Shown here: piece by piece, positions 50,481-58,937 of the stretch
Position numbering within the stretch: position 1 is the stretch's first letter
Layout: the number at the start of each line of letters is the position of its first letter
NCBI GenBank assembly: GCA_964527555.1
Contig: CAZGOG010000003.1
Location: 4,320 to 68,319 of the forward strand
Reading direction: 5' to 3'
Origin: an uncultured Planctomycetia bacterium
GTDB lineage: Bacteria > Omnitrophota > Gorgyraeia > Tantalellales > Tantalellaceae
DNA: 64,000 nt
Made by a program: the position numbers and the translations under genes
The notes under the pieces: generated by a model
Told to the model about the DNA's origin: nothing
Database searches by the model: none
Seen by the model: only the letters and a program-made list of their open reading frames with translations

Positions 50481-50953
50481 GAGAAAACAAAATAAAGACA
50501 CAGAGAGATTTACTTGAGATAGTCAAAAAAGAAAAGGCTTCCGGCAAAAGGATAGGTTTTACAAACGGTTGTTTTGATATTCTGCATCTCGGCCATGTGA
50601 AGTACCTGCAAATGGCGAAAAAGGAATGCGACACGCTTATTATCGGCGTGAACAGCGACAGTTCCGTTAAAAAACTTAAAGGTGATGCCAGGCCCCTCAA
50701 CAGTCAGGAAGCCCGTTTAGCCGTTCTTGCTTCTTTGGAATGTGTCGATTATTTAACTGTCTTTGAGGAAGACACCCCGGAAGCTCTAATAAAAGCTTTA
50801 AGCCCCGATACGATCTTTAAGGGCGGGGATTGGCGCGAAAAGGATATAGTGGGATCTGGCCATGTTAAAGGCTATGGCGGCACCGTCAGGGTCATCCCTT
50901 ATGTAGAAGGGTATTCAACGACTGATTTTATTGAAAGGATACGGAAAACTTAG
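50477..50953 (+). CDS. rfaE2: D-glycero-beta-D-manno-heptose 1-phosphate adenylyltransferase (RfaE domain II)
   Basis: FTNGCFDILHLGH, GVNSDSSV, KGGDW, GYSTT. Confidence 0.94.
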   Translation: MRENKIKTQRDLLEIVKKEKASGKRIGFTNGCFDILHLGHVKYLQMAKKECDTLIIGVNSDSSVKKLKGDARPLNSQEARLAVLASLECVDYLTVFEEDTPEALIKALSPDTIFKGGDWREKDIVGSGHVKGYGGTVRVIPYVEGYSTTDFIERIRKT

Positions 50954-50956
50954 ATC

Positions 50957-51385
50957 ATGGATAAGGGTGTTTACAGGATAATAGATGCGAATCTTAACAG
51001 GGTGATGGAGGCGATACGGGTCTCGGAAGACATTATAAGGTTTTCTTCCAACAACGAGGCTTTGACCCAGAAACTGAAAGATTTAAGGCATAAAGTCTTT
51101 GAGGCGATAAAAGACCTGCGGAAAGAGCATCTTGAAGAACTCGTCTCTTCAAGGGATTTAAATGACGTGGGAAGGAAGTCCTCCGAATCCGAGAAACGCA
51201 GAGAGGACTTAGTGGACCTTTTCCTGGCAAATACCCAGCGGGGGAAAGAGTCACTGAGAGTTTTAGAGGAGGTGCTGAAGCTATTTGACCAGGATTTATC
51301 CCAGAAATTCAAAAGGTTCCGGTTCAAGCTCTATGAGATCGAAAAAACAGCTGTTAAGGATCTGGAAAATATATGCGGTTCTTGA
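50957..51385 (+). CDS. ThiD2-family protein (stand-alone)
   Basis: RIIDANLNRVMEAIRVSED, LKDLRH, RGKESLRVLEE, RFKLYEIE. Confidence 0.85.
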   Translation: MDKGVYRIIDANLNRVMEAIRVSEDIIRFSSNNEALTQKLKDLRHKVFEAIKDLRKEHLEELVSSRDLNDVGRKSSESEKRREDLVDLFLANTQRGKESLRVLEEVLKLFDQDLSQKFKRFRFKLYEIEKTAVKDLENICGS

Positions 51386-51977
51386 CGCCAGTCTCTTTCC
51401 GGATACCGGAAAGCTTCTCAGGAAGTTCAAGGCTTTACTTGACAGTCCCGTAGATGCTATACAGCTCCGGTTCAAGGATTTTACGGATCTTTCTCTTTAC
51501 CGGGCTGCGGAGAAGATGGCCGCCCTTTCAAAGGCGAGATGCGTTCCTTTGATCATAAACGATCGCCCCGAAATAGCGCTCTCTTTGGGGGCAAGCGGCG
51601 TGCATCTGGGGAAGAGCGACATATCCATTTCAGCTGCCCGTAGACTCCTCGGAGGCAGCGCCATAATCGGATGCACGATCAGAGGACCGGAGGACCTGGA
51701 CTCCCTTATAAGAAGAAATGCCGATTACGTTTCTGTGGGGCCGTTTTTCCGCACGCCTTTAAAACCGGAGCTTAGGGCTGTATCCCGGAAAAAGATCCGA
51801 GAACTCGTAAGAAAGGCGGGAATGCCGCTTATTGCTATAGGGGGGATAAACAGCACTAACATAAGAGAGGTCACTTCTTGCGGTATTCATGCGGTGGCAT
51901 TTGTCCGCTACGCTGCCGGAGAGACAAACACACGCGGGAAAATAGAATTATTAAGAGATGCAATGACTGCGAGTTGA
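51333..51977 (+). CDS. thiE: Thiamine-phosphate synthase
   Basis: IQLRFK, IINDR, GVHLG, DYVSVGPFFRTPLK, AIGGI. Confidence 0.88.
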   Translation: MRSKKQLLRIWKIYAVLDASLFPDTGKLLRKFKALLDSPVDAIQLRFKDFTDLSLYRAAEKMAALSKARCVPLIINDRPEIALSLGASGVHLGKSDISISAARRLLGGSAIIGCTIRGPEDLDSLIRRNADYVSVGPFFRTPLKPELRAVSRKKIRELVRKAGMPLIAIGGINSTNIREVTSCGIHAVAFVRYAAGETNTRGKIELLRDAMTAS

Positions 51978-51978
51978 T

Positions 51979-53256
51979 ATGATAAAAATAGACCAGAGGC
52001 TTCTTAAGAAAGCCATTAAAAACGAAGATGCCGGATTAAAAGAGACGAGGGAAGGCATACAGTCGGGATGGATAGTCGTGCCCAAGAACCGCAGGCACGA
52101 AGTAGAAAAACCTTGTGCTATAGGCAAGGGCATGACCACCAAGATCAACGCAAACCTGGGTCTTTCGCCTGGATATTCAAGCATCAGTCTTGAGATGAAA
52201 AAGATGGAAGTCGCCGTCAGGTTGGGTTCCGACACGGTGATGGATCTTTCGACTGGGCCGCTTCTGGGGAAGCTCCGCAGGAAGATACTTTCCGACTGCC
52301 CTGTTCCGCTCGGCACTGTTCCGATTTATGAAGCGGCATGCCAGAAAAAGAAGAAGTTTCTTTCCATGAAAGAAGACGACTTTTTAGCGGTGATCCAGAA
52401 GCAAGCCGAGGAGGGGGTGGACTTCTTTACCGTACATTCCGGCATAACTCTGGAAGCGGTGCGTTTCGCAGAGAAGAACCCGCGTATTATGAACATAGTA
52501 AGCCGCGGAGGGGCTCTTTTGGCGTCATGGATGATGGTCACCAAACGCGAGAACCCGTTTCTTTCAAGGTTCGATGATATCATCAAGATCGCAAAGAAGT
52601 ACGATATCGTGCTGAGTCTGGGTGACAGCCTCCGCCCCGGAGCTATTTCTGACGCGACGGATCACCTCCAGCTGGGCGAACTTCTTGTCCTGGGACAGCT
52701 CCAGGAGAAGGCTTTTTCTCGAGGCGTCCAGGTCATGATAGAGGGTCCGGGGCACGTGCCTCTCGACCAGATCGAAGCCAATGTAAAACTGGAAAAGTCT
52801 GTATGTCACGGTGCGCCGTTTTATGTGTTGGGTCCCTTGGTGACTGATGCCGCTAGCGGCTATGACCACATATCCGGCGCTATCGGCGGGGCGCTTGCCG
52901 CCTGGTACGGTGCGGACTTTTTGTGCTATGTCACTCCCGCGGAACACTTGCGTCTGCCTGATATCGAAGACGTCCGTCAAGGCGTCATGGCTTCAAAAAT
53001 AGCGGCACATGCCGCCGATATTGTAAAAGGTATACCCTCGGCACTAAAACGCGATGAAGAAATCTCAAAAGCCAGAGCCAAACGGGACTGGGAAAAACAG
53101 TTCGCTCTTTCACTTGACAACGAGCTGCCGAGGAAGGTAAGAGAAAAATCACTTCCGGATATCGAAGATGTCTGCACCATGTGTTCGGAATATTGTTCCA
53201 TCAAACTGACCGAGGAAAGTCTCGCACTCGGCAAGAAAAAAAAGAGAAGGGAATAG
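51979..53256 (+). CDS. thiC: Phosphomethylpyrimidine synthase (short form)
   Basis: KINANLG, DTVMDLSTG, VSRGG, EGPGHVP, YVTPAEHL, CTMCSEYC. Confidence 0.93.
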   Translation: MIKIDQRLLKKAIKNEDAGLKETREGIQSGWIVVPKNRRHEVEKPCAIGKGMTTKINANLGLSPGYSSISLEMKKMEVAVRLGSDTVMDLSTGPLLGKLRRKILSDCPVPLGTVPIYEAACQKKKKFLSMKEDDFLAVIQKQAEEGVDFFTVHSGITLEAVRFAEKNPRIMNIVSRGGALLASWMMVTKRENPFLSRFDDIIKIAKKYDIVLSLGDSLRPGAISDATDHLQLGELLVLGQLQEKAFSRGVQVMIEGPGHVPLDQIEANVKLEKSVCHGAPFYVLGPLVTDAASGYDHISGAIGGALAAWYGADFLCYVTPAEHLRLPDIEDVRQGVMASKIAAHAADIVKGIPSALKRDEEISKARAKRDWEKQFALSLDNELPRKVREKSLPDIEDVCTMCSEYCSIKLTEESLALGKKKKRRE

Positions 53257-53261
53257 CTCTT

Positions 53262-54161
53262 ATGCGTCTTACAGTCATAGGATCGGTAGCTCTTGACAGT
53301 GTAGAGACGCCTTTCGGGAAACGCAAAGAAGTCCTGGGAGGTTCGGCGACTTATGCGTCGCTCAGCGCTTCTTTTTTTACGCCGGTTAATCTTATAAGCG
53401 TGGTTGGAACGGATTTTCCAGAAAAATATATTGAAATATTCCGCAAGCGGGAGATTGATACGGCGGGGCTCCAGAGAAAAAAAGGCAAGACGTTCCGGTG
53501 GAAAGCCAGGTACCACTATGATATGAGTTATGCAGAGACCTTGAGCACACATCTTAACGTGTTCGAGGCCTTCCGCCCTCAGGTACCCGAGAGCGTAAGG
53601 CCCAAGGATAATCTGCTCCTGGCCAACATCGACCCTGAACTTCAGAGTTATATCTTTGAAAAGATAAAACCCAAAGGTCTGGTCGCATGCGACACGATGA
53701 ACCTCTGGATAGAGCATAAGAGGAAGGACCTCTGTAAGCTTCTCAAGAAAGTGGACCTCTTTCTTCTTAATGATGCGGAGGCGCGCCAGCTTTCGAACGA
53801 GAAAGATCTACTGGATGCGGCAAGGTATATTTCTTCAAAAGGCGCAAAGATGGTCGTTATTAAAAAAGGCGAACACGGTGCGCTTTTCTTCTCAAGGGGC
53901 CTCAGGTTCATAGTCCCGGCGTACTTGCCTGCAAGGCTTTCAGATCCTACAGGCGCCGGTGACACCTTTGCAGGCGGGGTGATAGGATGTATTTCCAAAG
54001 AAGGAAAAGTCACCGATAAGGTCTTGAGAAGATCATTGGTCTATGGTAGTATACTCGCGTCTTTTACTGTCGAAAAATTCAGCGCAGAAGGTCTTTTAAA
54101 GGCGACGCAGAAAGAAATAAATACCAGATACAGACATTTTGAGAAGCTGACAAGATTTTAG
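53262..54161 (+). CDS. PfkB-family carbohydrate/nucleoside kinase
   Basis: LGGSATY, NDAEA, DPTGAGDTFAGG. Confidence 0.9.
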   Translation: MRLTVIGSVALDSVETPFGKRKEVLGGSATYASLSASFFTPVNLISVVGTDFPEKYIEIFRKREIDTAGLQRKKGKTFRWKARYHYDMSYAETLSTHLNVFEAFRPQVPESVRPKDNLLLANIDPELQSYIFEKIKPKGLVACDTMNLWIEHKRKDLCKLLKKVDLFLLNDAEARQLSNEKDLLDAARYISSKGAKMVVIKKGEHGALFFSRGLRFIVPAYLPARLSDPTGAGDTFAGGVIGCISKEGKVTDKVLRRSLVYGSILASFTVEKFSAEGLLKATQKEINTRYRHFEKLTRF

Positions 54162-54234
54162 CGAGCGTGGTTCAATGGTAGAACTCCAGCTTCCCAAGCT
54201 GGTAACGGGGGTTCGATTCCCCTCGCTCGCTCCA
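54161..54234 (+). tRNA. tRNA-Gly (anticodon CCC)
   Basis: Acceptor GCGAGCG/CGCTCGC, D stem GTTC/GAAC, anticodon arm CCAGC-TTCCCAA-GCTGG, T loop TTCGATT, U73 and encoded CCA. Confidence 0.97.
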
Positions 54235-54303
54235 GATTTTTAATCCGCCGGGAAAGAAACGGGATTTTTTAATATATCACGGTAAGATTTGACCGAGTTT
54301 TAC

Positions 54304-54422
54304 CCATGCACCAGAAGGCCACGCCCGTAAGGGCGTGGATGAATGGCCTTCGGTGCAGTCTTTCCGCTTGACGGAAAGACTGAAACTGTGGATGCCATGG
54401 GCGTTAGCCCATGGAGCTTCAC
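54304..54422 (+). mobile_element. Putative non-autonomous IS200/IS605-like miniature element (three hairpins)
   Basis: Preceded by TTAC; hairpins CCACGCCC-gtaa-GGGCGTGG, CAGTCTTTCCG-cttga-CGGAAAGACTG and CCATGGGC-gtta-GCCCATGG; ends TTCAC. Confidence 0.6.
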
Positions 54423-54504
54423 GTGTGAACGGTAAAGCGGTTGTCAAGGATATTTTTTTGATTCCGGGGAGGAATTATTTCAGAAAAAAACCGGAGTTCT
54501 TGTG

Positions 54505-54533
54505 TTGACAGTGATCATTAAATAATATATTAT
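54505..54533 (+). promoter_or_regulatory. Sigma70 promoter of the ATPase operon
   Basis: TTGACA-N17-TATTAT. Confidence 0.65.
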
Positions 54534-54621
54534 GTTCGTCTCGTGTTTTTGGAATAGATTATTTTATTTTTAAACAATCAAGCGTGTGAAGAATATACGC
54601 CTAGTTCACTAATATCTAATC

Positions 54622-56256
54622 ATGTTCATCGAACCGGTCTTCGGAAAAAAGTTTTTTGGCCGCGAAGAAGTATTGGCCACTCTCAAGAAAAGAGTTACAG
54701 CCTTAAAAGGGGGATACAGGCAGAACCTGGCTCTTACGGGACCCATGCTCGCGGGTAAATCCTCGATTCTGCGGCATTTCTTGAAGGGGATAAGCGATTC
54801 CGAGATCATACCCCTCTATATAGAGATGACGGGGGAAGATTTCAAGGTATTCTGCACGCGGTTCATGGCTACTCTTCTCTACAGGTACTTGAAAAGCGAA
54901 TCACGGAAATGCGAAGGCGACTTTGAAGACCTCAAAAAAGCATGCCGCCCGCTCATCCCCGAGACCGTAAGGGCTATGGACGATATCTCTAAGGCCCTGC
55001 GCCAGAAAAAGGGGGAGGCGGCTTACGAAAAGATTCTCGCGCTTACCTCTGTCTTCAAGAAAGAGACGGGCAAAAGCTGCATAGTAATCCTGGATGAGTT
55101 CCAGAACCTGTCGGATTTCCACCTTAAAAGGCCTTTCCAGACTTTCGGCAAGTTTATAATGGTTCAGAAGAATACGATGTATATCGTATCCAGTTCCCAA
55201 AAGTCGCTTCTTAAAGATATACTTTCCAAGAAATTGTCGCTTTTATTCGGCAACTTTGAGATCCTGGAAGTGGGGGGATTTGATAACCAGACTGCGCGTT
55301 CCTTCGTCTCTGGCAGGATAAAAGAAGGCCAGTTCTCCGAGAATATAATAAATTATCTTATACAGGTTTCACAAGGCAGCCCCTTTTATCTTGAAGCGCT
55401 GGCGGATAGGTTTTCAGAACTGGTCGCCTCCAAGGATAATAAACGCGGCGATAAAGAATGCCTTCTGGACGCTTTCGCGGAGCTCGTGTATGAATCCGAA
55501 GGCGTTCTTAACCAGTATTTCACCAATAACGTGAATTTCTTCCTGGAGAAGAAGAACAGGAAGCAGTTCATCCCTGTCCTGCTTTCTCTGGCTAAGGGGA
55601 TGAGTACCGTTAAAGCTCTGCAGCGGGATTTGGGCCGGGCAGATAAAGACCTGGGCAAGAAACTCCAGAGGCTGCAGGAGATGGATCTTGTTTATAACAG
55701 CGGCGTCTTTTACAAGATATCGGAAAAGCTTTTTGAATACTGGCTCAAGTACGTATACAGCCTGAAGACTAAATCGATGATAGACGAGATGGATATAAAG
55801 TACCTGGAATTCAAGCGTCTAATAGAAGAAGATTACGAGAATTATTGTCAGTTCGCTTCAAAAAAAGCGGTGGATGTAATAATGGATCTATTCGGAAGTT
55901 TCAGGGGGGAAAAGATCCGTGTAAGCATGAACTGCAGGAAGATGCCCAAGTTCGACTCTCTTAAGGCCGAGGGGATTTCTAAAAACGTTTTCGAGATCAC
56001 GGGGAGCATCGCTAACAAGAGATGGATATGCCGCATAAAGCAGGGCGATATAACCGATGAGCATGATATTTATAACTTATGGGATCAGAAAGCAGCAAAC
56101 GAAAAACTGAAAACCGCAAGGAAGATATTTATCCCCCTTAAGGGGATTGAGCAGAACGCGTTTCTTCTGGCAAAAGAACAGAACATATGGGTCTGGGATA
56201 CAGAAGAGCTTAACAGGATCCTTCGCCTGTTCGGAAAATTCGAGCTTGTAACATGA
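54622..56256 (+). CDS. Archaeal-type P-loop ATPase with wHTH and a degenerate restriction-endonuclease-like C-terminus
   Basis: FFGREEVL, Walker A GPMLAGKS, Walker B IVILDEFQ, GSPFYL. Confidence 0.78.
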   Translation: MFIEPVFGKKFFGREEVLATLKKRVTALKGGYRQNLALTGPMLAGKSSILRHFLKGISDSEIIPLYIEMTGEDFKVFCTRFMATLLYRYLKSESRKCEGDFEDLKKACRPLIPETVRAMDDISKALRQKKGEAAYEKILALTSVFKKETGKSCIVILDEFQNLSDFHLKRPFQTFGKFIMVQKNTMYIVSSSQKSLLKDILSKKLSLLFGNFEILEVGGFDNQTARSFVSGRIKEGQFSENIINYLIQVSQGSPFYLEALADRFSELVASKDNKRGDKECLLDAFAELVYESEGVLNQYFTNNVNFFLEKKNRKQFIPVLLSLAKGMSTVKALQRDLGRADKDLGKKLQRLQEMDLVYNSGVFYKISEKLFEYWLKYVYSLKTKSMIDEMDIKYLEFKRLIEEDYENYCQFASKKAVDVIMDLFGSFRGEKIRVSMNCRKMPKFDSLKAEGISKNVFEITGSIANKRWICRIKQGDITDEHDIYNLWDQKAANEKLKTARKIFIPLKGIEQNAFLLAKEQNIWVWDTEELNRILRLFGKFELVT

Positions 56257-56744
56257 AAATAGGTGTTATTGCCGATACACATATTCCTATTTCCGCGAAA
56301 AAACTTCCCCAAAAAGTCTATGACTATTTCAAAGATTGCGACCTGATAATACATGCGGGCGACGCTGTAGAGATGTCGGCTATCAGAGAGCTTGAGAAGC
56401 TCGCCGAGACAAAGGCTGTCTGGGGGAATATGGATAGCGACGAGGTAAGAAGGAACCTGCCTGAAAAGATAGTTCTGGAGGCAGCCGGCAAGAAAATAGG
56501 CGTTATCCACGGAAGCGGGCCGCCTTTCAGAGTGCTTCAGAGGGCAAGCAAGGCTTTTAAGGAAAAAGTCGATATTATCATTTTTGGCCATTCACACAAT
56601 CCAGTCAACGAGAAAAGAGACGGCGTACTTTTCTTTAATCCCGGCAGCGCCACTGATAGAGTGTTTTGCAAATATTGCTCCTTCGGCATTATTGAGATCA
56701 AGGGCGAAGATATACGCGCGGAGATCATCAAGGTCGACGACTAA
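56253..56744 (+). CDS. Metallophosphoesterase (YfcE/MJ0936 family)
   Basis: ADTH, HAGD, GNMD, IHG, FGHSH, NPGS. Confidence 0.92.
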   Translation: MKIGVIADTHIPISAKKLPQKVYDYFKDCDLIIHAGDAVEMSAIRELEKLAETKAVWGNMDSDEVRRNLPEKIVLEAAGKKIGVIHGSGPPFRVLQRASKAFKEKVDIIIFGHSHNPVNEKRDGVLFFNPGSATDRVFCKYCSFGIIEIKGEDIRAEIIKVDD

Positions 56745-56771
56745 CGCGCTAAAGCCCATTAAGGGGAGAAA

Positions 56772-57749
56772 ATGGTCTGGTTGGAATTTTTAATCTGTTC
56801 GGCGCTCTTGACGTATTTCGCATACCATCTTTGCAAGGAAGGCGTTATTCTTTCCGAGAAGACCCGCATGGAAGCGGGGTTAATAGGGATGTTTTTCCTT
56901 GCCGTCGCGACGTCTTTCCCGGAGGTAGTGACGGGTGCTACAGCGGTCTTTTATCTGGGAAGGATAGGTCTTGGGTACGGTGATATCGTCGGTTCCGTAA
57001 TAGTGAACCTGATGGTTCTTTTTTTTCTGGATTATTACCAGGGCAAGGGAAGGATCCTCTTAAGGGTCACTTCAATAAACCGTATAACCGGTGTCTTTGT
57101 GGTCATTGTCGTCTCGGCGGTGCTCTTCTTTTCGATACTGCGTCTCTCCGGAATTGTACTTCCCGCATTTAAAGGTATAGGGATTGAAAGTCCATTTATT
57201 GTTCTTATCTATTTTGCGTCGCTGGAGATCGTGCGCAGGAGGGGGACGCTGAGCCATGGCGGGGTTTACGATGCCCAGCGGGAACCCTTTTGGGGGATCT
57301 GGGCTAAATTTATATTCTTTCTAGTTATTGTAATGTTCCTGGGCGTATGGATGGCTAAAGTCGGCGAGAAGCTCGTCATCACCACGGAGATGTCACAGAC
57401 ATTTATCGGTACGCTTTTTCTGGGGCTGGCTACGAGCCTGCCCGAGATAATCGTTTCGTTCGCTGCGCTCAAGGCGGGATCCGTGGATATGGCGGTAGGC
57501 AACATCCTGGGCAGCAACCTCTTTGACGTCGCCGTAATACCTTTCTTCGACGGTCTGTCGAGAAGGCCGATTTTGGGGATGCTTACTTCCGCGGAGGTGA
57601 CGGCAACCATAATCGCGCTTTTACTTTCCGCTGTCGCCGTTATGGGGCTATTCTATAAGAGGGATACCAACAAGCGGATAAGCTGGGATACCAGCCTGAT
57701 TTTTGTTGTAGGTTTTATCGGCTTTGTGTTATTATATTTTATAAAATGA
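56772..57749 (+). CDS. Sodium/calcium exchanger family membrane protein
   Basis: Two alpha repeats ATSFPE and ATSLPE; GNILGSN. Confidence 0.9.
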   Translation: MVWLEFLICSALLTYFAYHLCKEGVILSEKTRMEAGLIGMFFLAVATSFPEVVTGATAVFYLGRIGLGYGDIVGSVIVNLMVLFFLDYYQGKGRILLRVTSINRITGVFVVIVVSAVLFFSILRLSGIVLPAFKGIGIESPFIVLIYFASLEIVRRRGTLSHGGVYDAQREPFWGIWAKFIFFLVIVMFLGVWMAKVGEKLVITTEMSQTFIGTLFLGLATSLPEIIVSFAALKAGSVDMAVGNILGSNLFDVAVIPFFDGLSRRPILGMLTSAEVTATIIALLLSAVAVMGLFYKRDTNKRISWDTSLIFVVGFIGFVLLYFIK

Positions 57750-57783
57750 CTTTTATTAACCATCGGATTTAACACAGAGCCGG

Positions 57784-58935
57784 ATGCTTACGAGAAAAGA
57801 GATTGAGAAACGTGAATACGACTGGTTAGCGCCTTATGCCATGAAGAGCGCCGAAACCGGCGGACGCGTACATAAGGAAGAAGAACACCCCTACCGCACT
57901 GTTTATCAGAGGGATAAAGACAGGATAATCTATTCCACTGCTTTTCGCAGACTTGAATATAAAACCCAGGTATTTGTCAACCACGAGGGCGATTATTACA
58001 GGACAAGGCTTACTCACACGATAGAGATGACCCAGATCGCCAGGACCATAGCCAGGGCCCTTCGCCTTAACGAGGAACTTGTTGAAGCGATAGCGCTGGC
58101 GCATGACCTGGGACATACACCATTTGGTCATTCCGGTGAAGATACTTTGGCCGATCTTATGAAGGACCACGGCGGGTTTGACCATAACACTCACGGTCTG
58201 CGTGTAGTGGATATACTGGAGAAACGTTACCCGGACTTTTGCGGTTTGAATTTAACTCAGGAAGTCCGCCGGGGCATAATACGTCATTCAACGCCGTTCG
58301 ACCGGAAGAGGAAAGGATCCGTCGATATACCGGGCGCCTCTCTTCTTGAAATACAGGTTGTTGATATTGCCGACGAAATAGCGTATGATAATCATGATCT
58401 GGATGACGGTCTTAAAAGCGGGCTTCTAAGCGAAGAGGATCTTGTCGGCATCCCTATATGGGACGAGACCGTAAAGGCCGTAGATGAGCGGTTCAGGGGT
58501 ATTGATGAGGAGACCAAAAGGTCCCAGATAGTACGCCAGCTTATCAATCTTCAGGTTTCTGACGTGCTTGAAAACACGACAGAGAGGATTAAGGCTTCCG
58601 GGGCAGGAAGCGTCTCCGGCCTGGAAGGGCTGAAGGAGAAGATTGTCGATTTTAGCAGGGGGATGCACGAGAAACGCGCCCCATTTAAAGAGGCGCTTTT
58701 AAAGAGACTTTATAACAATTATCGCGTAGTGCGCATGTCGAATAAAGCGAGCCGTTTTTTAAGAATTCTCTTTCAGATTTATTCCGACAATCCCGCTCAG
58801 CTTCCTCCTCAGGCTTTGGAGCACATGGAAGAAAGAGGCAAATACCAGGTCATCTGTGATTATATGGCGGGGATGACGGACCGTTACGCGCTGGATCAAT
58901 ACAAGAAACTGTTTGAACCTTACGAAAGGGTGTAG
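57784..58935 (+). CDS. dgt: dGTP triphosphohydrolase (HD superfamily, short form)
   Basis: FRRLEYKTQVF, RTRLTH, HDLGHTPFGHSGE, ADEIAYDNHDLDD, DYMAGMTD. Confidence 0.93.
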   Translation: MLTRKEIEKREYDWLAPYAMKSAETGGRVHKEEEHPYRTVYQRDKDRIIYSTAFRRLEYKTQVFVNHEGDYYRTRLTHTIEMTQIARTIARALRLNEELVEAIALAHDLGHTPFGHSGEDTLADLMKDHGGFDHNTHGLRVVDILEKRYPDFCGLNLTQEVRRGIIRHSTPFDRKRKGSVDIPGASLLEIQVVDIADEIAYDNHDLDDGLKSGLLSEEDLVGIPIWDETVKAVDERFRGIDEETKRSQIVRQLINLQVSDVLENTTERIKASGAGSVSGLEGLKEKIVDFSRGMHEKRAPFKEALLKRLYNNYRVVRMSNKASRFLRILFQIYSDNPAQLPPQALEHMEERGKYQVICDYMAGMTDRYALDQYKKLFEPYERV

Positions 58936-58937
58936 CC

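Noticed and set aside
50957-51977. Possible frameshifted thiD2-thiE fusion (pseudogene or programmed frameshift)
   Set aside because: Both ORFs look complete and thiE has its own ATG at 51333; a 53-nt overlap is the simpler explanation
49873-51979. TPP riboswitch for the thi genes
   Set aside because: There is no intergenic space and no CTGAGA-type TPP aptamer core was seen
51979-53256. ThiC paralog as BzaA/B/F (benzimidazole synthesis), given the B12 locus in the window
   Set aside because: It directly follows thiD2-thiE and has no cobamide genes nearby, so thiC is more parsimonious
57784-58935. dGTPase as an antiphage nucleotide-depletion system
   Set aside because: The sequence resembles the widespread short housekeeping Dgt form, and no clear defence-island context is visible
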